Below the pieces are notes generated by a model. It was given only the letters and a program-made list of their open reading frames with translations. It did not search any database and was not told the DNA's origin. Source: Candidatus Latescibacterota bacterium (GTDB taxonomy: Bacteria; Latescibacterota; UBA2968; UBA8231). From it: DNA of 64,000 nt. Position numbers and translations under genes: made by a program. The stretch covers positions 3,520,001 to 3,584,000 of the forward strand of contig OY730476.1 in the NCBI GenBank assembly GCA_963422735.1, read 5' to 3'. Of this stretch, positions 28,514-38,569 are shown one piece after another. How positions within the stretch are numbered: position 1 is the stretch's first letter; every line of letters starts with the position of its first letter.

Positions 28514-29785
28514 TTAGATCCCCAGATGCTCGTTGATCTCGGCTTGGTACGCGTTGATCTGGTCGTTGCAGACGGCATCGACCGAGAGCGCACAGCCGGC
28601 GACTTGGGACTCCATTAGGCTGTAAGACAGACCCACGGCGCGAGCGCCTTGATGGGCATCGACTTCGGGCTGTCGTCCCTGTTGAATACAGGTGCCAAAC
28701 TCGTGGTATTCGACGGCAATTAGCTTGCGGTCGGTCGCGGGAAAAGGCAAGTGGTACTCGAAGAGCCGGTCCCCGCCAAAGAGCGCGGCCGTGGCCTCGT
28801 CGAGGCGGTGATCGGGCACTAGGTCGAGGAGGGCTTGGTCGTCTATGGGGTCTGCGTCGTCAAGGTGGAGCGCGAGGCGGTTGCCCGAGCGGTCGCTAGG
28901 TAGTTCGAGCGAGCCGAGGCTGCCGTGGATGGACCGCCGCCACAGGTTTTGGCCATGGGCCGCGTGGTCTTCGATGTACTGGGCGACCGCGCCGCTTTTG
29001 AAGAGGATGGTGGCGTAGGCCGCGTCGTCGGCGGTAGCTGTAAACTTGGCCGGCATGTCTTTTTGCCAGCGTTCATAGACGCCCCCTGGGGAGCCGCTGC
29101 TGACGGCTGCGCGACCGGCTACGGGGTTTTTGCGGGTCGGCTCATGCAGGCGCGTTTGCGCGTAGGCCGTGTCGGCCTCCCCGAGAAAATACTCCATGAT
29201 GTCGGCAAAGTGAACGCCTACGTCGAGGAGGACGCCGCTGGCGTTTTTCTGGTGCCGCCACACTGAAATGAGCATGCCGTCGCCGCCGCCCATGGTAATT
29301 TGCTGCATCAGGCGCGGACGCCCAATGATGCCGGCTGAGAGCAGGGCTTTGGCGAGGCGGTTTACCGGGTCGCGGCGGTAGTTTTCGGCCACTGATAGGA
29401 CGCACCCAGTCTCTTGAGTTTTGGCGATCATCTGCTTGCTGGCGCGGGCTGTAAGCCCCATGGGTTTTTCGCACATCGCGTGCCAGCCGCGTTCCATGGC
29501 CTCGATGGCCACTGTGTGGTGATGGGCCGGCAGAGTGGTAATATCAACGGCTTGGACCGGGGCGACCGAAGCTAGTTCAGCGAGGTCTTTGACGGGTTGA
29601 GGTCGCGCCCCTAGCCGCTCCTCGGCTTGGTCGGCGAGCGAGTGGGCGTTGTCGAGATTGGGGTCGCAGGCACCTACCAACTCAAAGGGCGACAGGCCGG
29701 CGCATTGCAACTCGGCGAGGCCGTAAAGATGGCGGTGGCCCATGCCGCCGCAGCCGACGATGGCGAGGGGCAGTTTTTTGGACAT
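28514..29785 (-). CDS. Gfo/Idh/MocA oxidoreductase
   Basis: IVGCGGMG, CEKP, ENYR, GVLLDVGVHFAD. Confidence 0.9.
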   Translation of the reverse strand: MSKKLPLAIVGCGGMGHRHLYGLAELQCAGLSPFELVGACDPNLDNAHSLADQAEERLGARPQPVKDLAELASVAPVQAVDITTLPAHHHTVAIEAMERGWHAMCEKPMGLTARASKQMIAKTQETGCVLSVAENYRRDPVNRLAKALLSAGIIGRPRLMQQITMGGGDGMLISVWRHQKNASGVLLDVGVHFADIMEYFLGEADTAYAQTRLHEPTRKNPVAGRAAVSSGSPGGVYERWQKDMPAKFTATADDAAYATILFKSGAVAQYIEDHAAHGQNLWRRSIHGSLGSLELPSDRSGNRLALHLDDADPIDDQALLDLVPDHRLDEATAALFGGDRLFEYHLPFPATDRKLIAVEYHEFGTCIQQGRQPEVDAHQGARAVGLSYSLMESQVAGCALSVDAVCNDQINAYQAEINEHLGI

Positions 29786-29932
29786 ATCCATCCTTTCCAT
29801 ATATAAGATATAAGCTCAATATAAGGTGCTAGGGCGATGCTCTCCACTTGAGATTGTGGCGGTAAAAGGCGGCAGGTATATTACCCGTATGATATTTCGC
29901 ATCTGAAGCCGAAGGGGCGAGGACGATAGCCC

Positions 29933-30484
29933 ATGACAATTGTCGAACATATTGCCACGGCGGCGGACTTGGAGCGACTACCGGACGATGGGTTTCGCTA
30001 CGAATTAGTGTGTGGGGAGGTGCGTAAGATGACGCCAGCGGGCAATGAACACGGAAGAATCGCCGCGTTAGTAACGGCATCGCTAGTACAGCACGTGCTG
30101 GCCAACCGACTCGGATCAGTGTATGCGGCGGAAACGGGTTTCCGGCTGGCGTCGAACCCGGATACGGTGCGGGCACCGGATGCGGCTTTTGTGTGCCAAG
30201 CGCGGCTGGATGCGGTGGGCGCGGTGGCCGGCTATTGGCCGGGAGCGCCCGATTTGGCGGTGGAGGTGGTCTCGCCCGGGGATCGCTACGGGGAGGTCTC
30301 GGAAAAGGCGGCTGCTTGGCTGGCGGCTGGGACGCAAATGGTGGTGGTCGTCGAGCCGCGGCAGCGCACGGTGGCGGTGCATCGCGTTGACAGTGCCATT
30401 CGCACCTTGGGAGAAGGCGATGTGCTGGAGGGAGGGACGGTGGTACCGGGGTGGGCCGTGTCGGTCGCGGCGTTGTTTACCTAG
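29933..30484 (+). CDS. Uma2/DUF820 family endonuclease-like protein
   Basis: RYELV.G, P...HG, VRAPDAAFV, APDLAVEVVSP. Confidence 0.9.
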   Translation: MTIVEHIATAADLERLPDDGFRYELVCGEVRKMTPAGNEHGRIAALVTASLVQHVLANRLGSVYAAETGFRLASNPDTVRAPDAAFVCQARLDAVGAVAGYWPGAPDLAVEVVSPGDRYGEVSEKAAAWLAAGTQMVVVVEPRQRTVAVHRVDSAIRTLGEGDVLEGGTVVPGWAVSVAALFT

Positions 30485-30552
30485 TGCAGCAAGTCTCTGT
30501 AGAAAGGGCGAGGAGCGGCCTGTTAGTTCCCAACGGGAAATCAGCCAGCAAC

Positions 30553-31188
30553 CTACAAAGCATCATCATCTAACTCAGATTCAATTTTCTCTTTAGCATC
30601 TAGAAAGGCTTCCCAAGAGGGCCCTTCATACCCCAATTGTATAAATCCCCGACCTCGCTTAAGCCCCTTAAGTTCTAGTCCTATCATCATTCCCGACTTC
30701 TCATCTTCAAAAATAGATGCCCAAATCCCACAACCATCATACTTCAAACACTGATAAAATTCATCCCATTCGTCCCACAACTTCCTTCCCGAAGATTCGT
30801 GTTCGGCAATAGGAGAACCATACTTCTTTTTTAGACTTGTCTTAATCTTCTCATACTGTTCCTTCCCCTTTCTTCCGGACACATCATCTTCAATGTCTTT
30901 AGAAGACATACTAATCTTCTGAAGATGTTTTTCCGTAACAAATATTAAGTGATAAAACTCAGCTATGGTCAAATTCTTCGGTAAGGACGTAGCTTGAAGA
31001 ATTCCCGTAACACCCAAAGGAAGATCTGATTTAATCTCTTCTTTAATCTCTACTTCCACTAATTGAGCTACTTGTGCTTCCGTCATTCCCCACGTTAAAC
31101 CAAACGGAGCATTCCCTTCCTCTGAAAACACAGCGGACGCATACAAGAAACAAAAGCTAACAGCTAACACTCCATTTCGTCTCAGCAT
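30553..31188 (-). CDS. Hypothetical secreted protein in an AT-rich segment
   Basis: Signal peptide, APFGLTWGM, LKKKYG.P. GGAG RBS; visibly lower GC than its flanks. Confidence 0.7.
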   Translation of the reverse strand: MLRRNGVLAVSFCFLYASAVFSEEGNAPFGLTWGMTEAQVAQLVEVEIKEEIKSDLPLGVTGILQATSLPKNLTIAEFYHLIFVTEKHLQKISMSSKDIEDDVSGRKGKEQYEKIKTSLKKKYGSPIAEHESSGRKLWDEWDEFYQCLKYDGCGIWASIFEDEKSGMMIGLELKGLKRGRGFIQLGYEGPSWEAFLDAKEKIESELDDDAL

Positions 31189-31250
31189 ATAAAGTTCTCC
31201 TTTTTTAGACTGATTTTCGCAATTTTATGGCATCAGGTCCTCTATCTGCG

Positions 31251-33095
31251 TCAAGCTAAATGGCGCAGCGGTCCGCGATGGGGATCGACGAGCGGCACGG
31301 GTGCTGAGAGCGCAATCAAGTCGGGGATATCAAATTCGGCCAGTAGGCCAAAGCAATAAAGGGACGGGGCGGCATCGTAGGTCAACGGCCAGTCGATGAG
31401 GCGGCCTAGCGAGTCAAGCAGAGTGTTGGTCGTCAGCGAGGCGAGGGCTTGGGGTTTTAGCGCAGCAGCGATTAGCGCGACGACCGGGCAGACGCGGCCG
31501 TGGGCCGTCAGGTGTAGCGCCCGGCTCTTTTGGCCTGCTGTCGCCAGTAGCGCGAGCACTTGGCCGACTTGGATGCCGAGTGGGCGCTGGCCAGCAGTGG
31601 CGACTAGCATCTGGTGGCGCGGGTCGGTGCGGAGTTCGCCGGTAGCGAAAATGTCGGCGGCGATCACCCGGCGGCCTTGTGCGAGGGCGGCGGCTAGCGG
31701 GGCAGCAAGCGCACCGCGCCCGCCATCGGCGATGAGCAGTTCAATGCCTCGGGGGCGCGGCGGCGTGTATTCGGTCAGTGGCAGGGTCCAGGTATCGTCG
31801 AGGTGCAATAAGTAGTGTTGGATAGTACCGGTTTTGCGCTTTTGTGCGGTGCCGCCTTCTTGCAGGGATCTATTCTTCCACTGCGGCAGCTTGAGTAGTG
31901 AGGCGAGTGCTTGGCGTGCGGCGGCCGGAGGGCGCGTTTCTTTTGGGTGCTCCCGGATCTTGCGAAGAGCTGCCTGCGCGATGGAGAGCAAAGTGGCGTT
32001 GTCGGGGGGCAGGCCGACGGCGAGGGCTTCTTCGGTTTGCAATTCGTCGCGATAGGACAGGTCGTAGTCTGATGTTTCCAATCCCCAATGTCGGTTGAGA
32101 AATTTGTAGAGCTGGCGGCGGTTGTCGCGCTCGTAGTTGTGAGAGCCAGGATCGGTATTGTCGTAGAGGGCGATGTTGTCGCGGGCACCCAAGAGCGCAA
32201 AGACGGGTCGAATAGGTTCGTAGATGGACTTGCGCGTTCGCCTCGTCTGGAAGCAGCAGTCGTCGTGGCGGTTGTAGATTAGCAAGGTTGGGCGCGGCGC
32301 AAAGAGCGCGGAGAGTGCGTCGTAGTCGGCGACTGTGCAGAGGTCGGCCGGGCATTGCTCTTGGTCGCCAATATCCTCGATGCAGCCCCGGCGCTGCCAG
32401 ACGGCCGAATGACCAGCGACTGGGACAATGACTTTGACCCGCTCGTCGAGGGCTGCCAGCAGGGCCGTTTGCCAGCCGCCGCCCGACAGGCCGGTCATTC
32501 CAATGCGTTCGGGGTCGGTCTTGGGATGGGAGAGCAGCACGTCGAGGCCGCGCTTCATCAAGAGATAGAACACGCCAATGCCAGCGATGCCGCACAGGTC
32601 GAGGTGGCCGATGCGGTTGTGTTCGATGTCGGCGCGCAGTTCGCCCATCCCAAGAAACTCGGTATTGAGTGCCAGCATCCCGCGCTTGGCGAGGTTGATG
32701 CAACGGGCCTGTTTGTAGTCCATGGCCTTGCCGCCGGCGTGGTGGCCGTTGGGGTTGAGAATGGCTGGGGCCTTTTCCCCAAGCTGCTCAGGCTCGTATA
32801 GAAGGGCCGGTACCCAGAGGCCGGGATAGCCCTCGTAACCCAGCTTGCGGATGGTGTAGCCGGTACCCGTCGCGATGCGGTCGCCCCAGTGGACTTGCGG
32901 CTGTTCCGCGAGGAGGCTGGCGGGCTGGCCGCGGAAGAACAGGTCGAGGACTTGGACGCGCAGGGCTAGGGCTTGCTTGCGCCAGGCCGCGGCCGAAGTG
33001 GGGGGTGTGAAGCGGGGCAAGTGCTCGCCGAGGAAGGCGAGGAGTTGGCGATGGGCCTTGGGGCCGATGAGCTTTCTGTGCAGTGCGCGTTGCAT
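31251..33095 (-). CDS. Alpha/beta hydrolase (acetylxylan esterase-like)
   Basis: VPALLY.P, GH, TGLSGGG nucleophile elbow, APRP.L, H.Y. Confidence 0.82.
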   Translation of the reverse strand: MQRALHRKLIGPKAHRQLLAFLGEHLPRFTPPTSAAAWRKQALALRVQVLDLFFRGQPASLLAEQPQVHWGDRIATGTGYTIRKLGYEGYPGLWVPALLYEPEQLGEKAPAILNPNGHHAGGKAMDYKQARCINLAKRGMLALNTEFLGMGELRADIEHNRIGHLDLCGIAGIGVFYLLMKRGLDVLLSHPKTDPERIGMTGLSGGGWQTALLAALDERVKVIVPVAGHSAVWQRRGCIEDIGDQEQCPADLCTVADYDALSALFAPRPTLLIYNRHDDCCFQTRRTRKSIYEPIRPVFALLGARDNIALYDNTDPGSHNYERDNRRQLYKFLNRHWGLETSDYDLSYRDELQTEEALAVGLPPDNATLLSIAQAALRKIREHPKETRPPAAARQALASLLKLPQWKNRSLQEGGTAQKRKTGTIQHYLLHLDDTWTLPLTEYTPPRPRGIELLIADGGRGALAAPLAAALAQGRRVIAADIFATGELRTDPRHQMLVATAGQRPLGIQVGQVLALLATAGQKSRALHLTAHGRVCPVVALIAAALKPQALASLTTNTLLDSLGRLIDWPLTYDAAPSLYCFGLLAEFDIPDLIALSAPVPLVDPHRGPLRHLA

Positions 33096-33163
33096 GGGAT
33101 AGTCCTCGCATTTTGGCGTCGATAGTATAGGGTACGGCCTGGCAGTGGGCCAAGCTGGGCGGG

Positions 33164-33193
33164 TTGACACGTCAAGTAGGGTTTGCTATCACT
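33164..33193 (+). promoter_or_regulatory. Possible sigma70 promoter for NUDIX gene
   Basis: TTGACA-17 nt-TATCAC; TTGACACGTCAA is a near-palindrome. Confidence 0.4.
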
Positions 33194-33219
33194 AGCGGCC
33201 ATTGCGGGAGGCGGGATAC

Positions 33220-33996
33220 ATGGAACCTATTGCGGCAACGACCAATCCATTCGGCGGCATCATTCCCAAACCAGAGGCTCTCGACCCAGAGCCGGTGGTG
33301 TTTGTTGAGAGGCTGCGCGCTTCGCTGGCGGCTTGGAAGGACGAAGGCTACCGGGTCGTCTGGCTGGAGGTCTCGATTGCCAAGGCGGCGTTGATTCCTG
33401 TAGCGGTGGAAGCCGGGTTTACATTCCACCACAGCGGCGACGGCTATCTAATGATGACCTTGCAACTGGAAGAAGGTGCTTACGTGCCGGCCCATGCTTC
33501 GCACTATATCGGCGCGGGCGGGGTGGTGCTCAACGAGGCGCAGGAACTGTTGGTGGTCAGCGAAAAGTACCATCGGCACGCGCCCGGTCCACCGCGCTAC
33601 AAGTTGCCCGGCGGCGCACTGCGCGCCGGCGAGCATTTGGCCGAAGCCGTGATGCGCGAAGTCGCCGAAGAGACCGGAGTAGAGACCGAGTTCGACGCGC
33701 TGGTGTGCTTCCGTCACTGGCACGGCTATCGCTTCGGCAAGTCGGATATTTACTTCGTCTGCCGCCTGCGCCCACTGAGCACCGAGATTAGCATCCAAGA
33801 GGACGAGATCGCCGAGTGCCGGTGGATGCCGGTGGCCGATTATCTGGCCGAGGAAAACGTCAGTGCCTTCAACAAGCGGATCGTCGAGGCGGCGCTCAAC
33901 AGCACGGGGGTGCAGCTAACGGAGATGGAAGGCTACGGTACGCCGGAGCAATACGAGTTTTTCATGCCGTCGGATCTGGGGTCGGAGGAGGGCTGA
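33220..33996 (+). CDS. NUDIX hydrolase, NUDT6/AtNUDX2-like with N-terminal extension
   Basis: L.ASL..W...G...VWL...GFTFHH, HYIGAGGVVLN, KLPGG...GE.LAEAVMREVAEETG, FGKSDIYFVC. Confidence 0.85.
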   Translation: MEPIAATTNPFGGIIPKPEALDPEPVVFVERLRASLAAWKDEGYRVVWLEVSIAKAALIPVAVEAGFTFHHSGDGYLMMTLQLEEGAYVPAHASHYIGAGGVVLNEAQELLVVSEKYHRHAPGPPRYKLPGGALRAGEHLAEAVMREVAEETGVETEFDALVCFRHWHGYRFGKSDIYFVCRLRPLSTEISIQEDEIAECRWMPVADYLAEENVSAFNKRIVEAALNSTGVQLTEMEGYGTPEQYEFFMPSDLGSEEG

Positions 33997-34068
33997 AGTG
34001 CCGGTGCATTACTGTCCGGTATGCGAATTGGTACTTTCGACGATTTCCTCGCCCGCGCCGTCAGTCCA

Positions 34069-35067
34069 CTATCCCGCCAAATCCAACCTATCCAGCACTT
34101 CTTTGTTGACCACGTGATCGGGGACTTTCCCCTGCAATAGCGCGACGATGCTCTGCGCGGCGACGAAGGCCATGCGCTTGCGGGCGCTTAGGGTCTTGGA
34201 ACCGGTATGGGGCAGGGCCAACACCTTGTCGCGGCGGACCAGTTCGAGGGACTGGCCTTGCGGCGGCTCGGTGGCTTGGCAGTCGAGGCCGGCACCGGCT
34301 AGGTGCCCGCTGTCGAGCGCGGCGATCAGGGCGGCTTCGTCAACCAAACCGCCGCGGGCGGTGTTAATCAGGTAGGCTTCCTCTTTCATAAGGCCGAGGA
34401 ACCCGGCATCGACGAGGTGGTAGTTTCCCTCGGTCAGGGGCAGGTGCAAGGTAACGGCGTCGGCTTGGGACAGCAGGTTGGCGCGGTCGGCAGGCTCGGC
34501 ACCGAGTGCGCGGATTTGCGCGTCGTCGATCCAAGGATCGTGGACTAAGACTCGCATCTTGAAGCCGCGTGCGCGGCGCACGACTTCGGCGCCGATGCGG
34601 CCACAGCCGACTAGCCCCAAGGTCATGGCGCACAAGTCCTCGCCGACGGGAACGTCGTAGGTGTCTTTCGCCTTGACCCGCTGATCGCCTAACCTGAGCG
34701 AGCGCACTAGGCCGAGGAGCAAGGCAAAGGTCAGGTCGGCTACCGCGTCGGCCATGGCACCGGGGGTATTGGTGACGACGATGCCGCGCTGGGTGCAGTA
34801 ATCGAGGTCAACCTTGTCGAAGCCAACGCCGTTGCGGGCGATGATCTTGAGCTGTGTTGCTTGGTCGATGGTGTCGGCGTTGAGGTTTTCGCCGCCGGCC
34901 AGCAGGGCATCGAAGCCGACCAGCTTTTCGCGCGTTTCCTCGTTGAGCCAGCCGGGTTGGGGGTGCCGGACCTCGATGGCAAAGCCGGCGCGCTCAATAA
35001 GCTCGCGGGCTTTGCTTTGGCCTTGAAACTCGATCTCGACGCTGGACAGGATGCGGAGTTGAGTCAT
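34069..35067 (-). CDS. D-isomer-specific 2-hydroxyacid dehydrogenase (SerA-like)
   Basis: RNGVGFD, GCGRIG, INTARG, LPHTG. Confidence 0.9.
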   Translation of the reverse strand: MTQLRILSSVEIEFQGQSKARELIERAGFAIEVRHPQPGWLNEETREKLVGFDALLAGGENLNADTIDQATQLKIIARNGVGFDKVDLDYCTQRGIVVTNTPGAMADAVADLTFALLLGLVRSLRLGDQRVKAKDTYDVPVGEDLCAMTLGLVGCGRIGAEVVRRARGFKMRVLVHDPWIDDAQIRALGAEPADRANLLSQADAVTLHLPLTEGNYHLVDAGFLGLMKEEAYLINTARGGLVDEAALIAALDSGHLAGAGLDCQATEPPQGQSLELVRRDKVLALPHTGSKTLSARKRMAFVAAQSIVALLQGKVPDHVVNKEVLDRLDLAG

Positions 35068-35081
35068 CTCTTCCTCTTCTT

Positions 35082-36083
35082 CTATTGGACAGTAAAGCGG
35101 GTATGTTCGTAGGCGGCGAAGGGAGTGGGCACCCCCAGTTCGTCGGCTAGGTCTTGGAGGCTCTGCTGGTGCTGGGGGCTGATGGGCACGCCGTCGCGGG
35201 CGTACTCGCGCTCCCGTTGCCACTCCAGATTGCCGGGCAGCTCAGCGCAGTCGAGGCCGGGAAAGGGCCGCATGTTGCGGGCGGCGGCGACGAACTCGTC
35301 CATCTGCGCTTGGAATTCTTCTAAAGGCATAAAAGCGCGTACGTCAAAGGCCGCTAGAAAAACCCCTTGGTTGGATTCCCAAGGCGACACCGGCGGGATA
35401 AATTGGGGCAAGTAAATCCCGGCCAGCACACCGCCCAATGCCCGGTTTACCGCGCCGATACCCAGTTCCTTGAAGAAGGCAAAGGGGATCTGGGCAAAGA
35501 GGTTTTCGTCCCAAGGCAGCATGTGCGCGCCCATGTCGAGCACGAGGGGCGGTTGCTCTTCGTTGGGAAAGGCGATGCTGATCGGCGAGGCGGCGTTGAC
35601 GCCTTTGACTAGCGAGTCCGACGGCAGGTCGTAGCGATGCGAGGAGATGGCAATCCCCACGCAGCCGGCTGCGGCTGCCATCCGAGAGTACTTACCGGCA
35701 CTGCCAAAGTGGAAGTGGTTGCGGGTGGTCGCCGCGGCCGTGCCGTACTCCGCGGCCGTCTCGGCTACCCAGGTCATGGCTTGGTGACAGGGAAAGTGCC
35801 CCATGCCGCCATCGCCGTCATAGACGCGGGCAGTGGTGGTTGAACTGGTCACCTTTATATTAGGGCGGGGATTGGCGCGGCCTTCGATCATCAGATGCAC
35901 GTACCCGGGGAGTTGCCAAGTCCCATGGCTGTGGACGCCGCGCAGGTCGGTGGCAGTCAAGAGGTCGGCGAGGATCTGGGCGTCCGCCGGATTGGTGCCG
36001 GCCTTGTGGAAGAAATCGGCGGTGAGTTGGCGCAAGGCAGCGGCTGGGACGCGGAGGCCTTCGGCAGGTGGAGTGTTTCCCAT
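35082..36083 (-). CDS. Ldh_2 family oxidoreductase (malate/L-lactate/ureidoglycolate dehydrogenase-like)
   Basis: DLRGVHSHG, DGDGGMG, HFG, PLVLDM, LPG..E. Confidence 0.85.
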   Translation of the reverse strand: MGNTPPAEGLRVPAAALRQLTADFFHKAGTNPADAQILADLLTATDLRGVHSHGTWQLPGYVHLMIEGRANPRPNIKVTSSTTTARVYDGDGGMGHFPCHQAMTWVAETAAEYGTAAATTRNHFHFGSAGKYSRMAAAAGCVGIAISSHRYDLPSDSLVKGVNAASPISIAFPNEEQPPLVLDMGAHMLPWDENLFAQIPFAFFKELGIGAVNRALGGVLAGIYLPQFIPPVSPWESNQGVFLAAFDVRAFMPLEEFQAQMDEFVAAARNMRPFPGLDCAELPGNLEWQREREYARDGVPISPQHQQSLQDLADELGVPTPFAAYEHTRFTVQ

Positions 36084-36115
36084 GATGGCTCTCTGAGTAA
36101 GGGTGAAAAAAGCGA

Positions 36116-36147
36116 ATTATATACGGGGTTGGGCTTAGGCGTGTCAA
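36116..36147 (-). promoter_or_regulatory. Sigma70-like promoter for the Ldh_2 operon
   Basis: Minus strand TTGACA...TATATAAT (spacing 18-20 nt). Confidence 0.5.
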
Positions 36148-36189
36148 GAAGCCGCAGAGGCTTTTAATAGAAGCACGGAGTAAAGGGAA

Positions 36190-37413
36190 ATGTCCTACGA
36201 TCTGTTGTTAAAGGGTGCGCGGGTGATAGACCCAGCGCAGAGCGTGGATGGGATACGCGATGTAGGCATCGTCGGTGAGAAGATCGCCGAAGTGGCCGAG
36301 GAAATAACGGCCCCAGCGGCGGAGACGATCGACCTGTCCGGCAAAATCCTGACGCCGGGGTGGATCGATATCCACGCGCATCTCTACGCCGGATGCACGA
36401 CTTGGGGGATCCGCGGCGACGCACTGTGCTTGGCCACGGGCGTGACGACGATCGTCGATGCTGGAAGTGCGGGGTGGGCCAATTTCGAGGGATTTGTCGA
36501 TTACGTCGTCGAACCAGCGCGGACCCAAGTTTTGGGGTACGTGCATATTTCGGCGATTGGCCTGACCTGTGGGCCGGTGGGGGAGATGATCGATTTGCAG
36601 TACGGCGATCCAGAGCGCACGGCTTTTGTGGCCCATCACTGGCGGGCGCACTGCGTTGGCGTCAAGGTCCGGCAGGGCGGTTTCCAAGTCGGGGAAAATG
36701 GGACCAAACCCTTGCAATTGGCAGTGCAGGCAGCCGAGTGGGCAGGGGTGCCGGTGATGGTACACATTGCCCGGGGGGTGCCGATTGCCGAGGTGCTTGC
36801 CCTGCTGCGGCCCGGTGATGTGGTGACCCATTGCTATCAAGGCACGGGAGACTGCGTGATTGACGATTCGGGGACGGTAGTGCCGCAGGTGTGGGAAGCG
36901 AGAAAGCGAGGCGTGCTTTTCGACGTGGGGCACGGCGGCGGCAGTTTCGACTACGGAATCGCACGACAGGCCCTAGCCGACGGCTTTGTCGCCGACGTGA
37001 TCAGCACGGATTTGCACGCCCATAGCTGGGACAGTCCGATCGAGAGTCTGCCGGAGACCGCGTCAAAGTTGCTCAATCTGGGTGTGCCAATCGAGCGCGT
37101 CGTGCAGCAGAGCACGGCTGCGGCGGCCAATGCCATCGGCCGCGGCGCGGCGTTGGGTACCCTGCGGGAGGGCACGGTGGCGGATCTGGCGGCATTTGAG
37201 GTGCTGGAGGGAACGTTCGAGTTCGAGGATGTACGCGGCCAGTGCGCGCAGGGCGATCGCAAAATCGAGCCGGTATTGACCGTGCGCCAAGGCCGGGCGC
37301 ATCGGCTGGAGGATCTGCGCGGGGAGCTACAGGAAGCTCGCGAGCGGGCGCGCTTTATGCGGCATCTCACCGGCAAGAACTTTGCGGCCTTGGGGTGGGT
37401 GCCGGGCGGTTAG
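36190..37413 (+). CDS. Amidohydrolase/deacetylase family metallohydrolase (dihydroorotase-like)
   Basis: PGWIDIHAH, GVTTIVDAGSAG, VGVKVR, MVHI, THCY, DVGHG, ISTD. Confidence 0.88.
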   Translation: MSYDLLLKGARVIDPAQSVDGIRDVGIVGEKIAEVAEEITAPAAETIDLSGKILTPGWIDIHAHLYAGCTTWGIRGDALCLATGVTTIVDAGSAGWANFEGFVDYVVEPARTQVLGYVHISAIGLTCGPVGEMIDLQYGDPERTAFVAHHWRAHCVGVKVRQGGFQVGENGTKPLQLAVQAAEWAGVPVMVHIARGVPIAEVLALLRPGDVVTHCYQGTGDCVIDDSGTVVPQVWEARKRGVLFDVGHGGGSFDYGIARQALADGFVADVISTDLHAHSWDSPIESLPETASKLLNLGVPIERVVQQSTAAAANAIGRGAALGTLREGTVADLAAFEVLEGTFEFEDVRGQCAQGDRKIEPVLTVRQGRAHRLEDLRGELQEARERARFMRHLTGKNFAALGWVPGG

Positions 37414-37480
37414 GGTTGCAAGTGGCGAGTGAATAGTATTTAGACGATAAGAATTTATAAATAGTAAGGAGTAGAAAGGC

Positions 37481-38539
37481 TTGTTCGAATCAACTGACGA
37501 TCTGCGCATTGCCCAACTCAAACCGCTAATCCCACCGTCGATTTTGATGGAAGAGTTGCCCACTTCAGAAGCGGCCTCCCACACCGTGGCTGCGGCCCGG
37601 CGCGCATTGGACGCTATACTGGCTGGAGAGGACGACAGGCTAGTGGTAGTGGTCGGGCCGTGTTCGATCCACGACCCCGAAGCCGCGCTTGAATACGCGG
37701 AACGGCTGCGGAAAAAGGCCGCGGCCCTAAGCGACGAGTTGTACGTGGTGATGCGCGTGTATTTCGAGAAGCCGCGCACGACCGTCGGCTGGAAGGGGTT
37801 GATCAACGACCCGCATTTGGACGACAGCTTTGCCATCAACAGCGGCTTGCGCGCCGCGCGCGGCCTGCTGGTGCAGTTGGCGGATATGGGCTTGCCGGCC
37901 GGTTCCGAATTCCTCGATACCATCACGCCGCAGTTTATCGCCGACCTGATTGCTTGGGGTGCTATTGGTGCCCGCACTACCGAAAGTCAGGTTCACCGCG
38001 AATTGGCTTCCGGGCTGTCGATGCCGGTTGGCTTCAAGAACGGGACCGCAGGCCATGTGCAGACCGCCCTCGACGCCATCGGTGCCGCCCGGCACCCGCA
38101 TCACTTTCTCTCGGTGACCAAGCAGGGCATTGCGGCGATTGTCGGGACTTCGGGCAATGCAAGCTGCCATCTGATTTTGCGCGGCGGCAACGACGGGCCC
38201 AATTGCGATCACGTCAGCGTCGGCATGGCCGCGGCCCGACTCAAGGAAGCGGACTTGCCGCACCGCGTGATGATCGATTGCAGTCACGGCAACAGCGCCA
38301 AGGATCACAAACGCCAGCCGGCTGTTGCACGCGGAGTTGCCGCGCAGGTGGCGGAGGGGACGCAAGATGTTTTCGGGGTGATGCTGGAGAGCCACTTAGT
38401 CGAGGGCAATCAGAAACAGCAGGCAGGTAGTGAGTTGGTTTATGGGCAGAGCATTACCGATGCCTGTATTGGGTGGGAGGATACGGTGGAGGTGTTGGAG
38501 GAGTTGGCCGCGGCGGTGCGGACGCAACGGGAAAAGTAA
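37481..38539 (+). CDS. aroG: 3-deoxy-7-phosphoheptulonate (DAHP) synthase, class I-alpha
   Basis: GPCSIHD, MRVYFEKPRTTVGWKGLINDP, IGARTTESQVHRELASGLS, DCSHGNS, SITDAC. Isoenzyme (aroG/F/H) cannot be resolved. Confidence 0.95.
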   Translation: MFESTDDLRIAQLKPLIPPSILMEELPTSEAASHTVAAARRALDAILAGEDDRLVVVVGPCSIHDPEAALEYAERLRKKAAALSDELYVVMRVYFEKPRTTVGWKGLINDPHLDDSFAINSGLRAARGLLVQLADMGLPAGSEFLDTITPQFIADLIAWGAIGARTTESQVHRELASGLSMPVGFKNGTAGHVQTALDAIGAARHPHHFLSVTKQGIAAIVGTSGNASCHLILRGGNDGPNCDHVSVGMAAARLKEADLPHRVMIDCSHGNSAKDHKRQPAVARGVAAQVAEGTQDVFGVMLESHLVEGNQKQQAGSELVYGQSITDACIGWEDTVEVLEELAAAVRTQREK

Positions 38540-38569
38540 TCAACGACGGGGCCGATTGGCCTGACTAGC

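Noticed and set aside
36190-37413. Calling this gene pyrC
   Set aside because: Motifs fit the dihydroorotase-like deacetylase/amidohydrolase subfamily, and there is no pyrimidine gene context.
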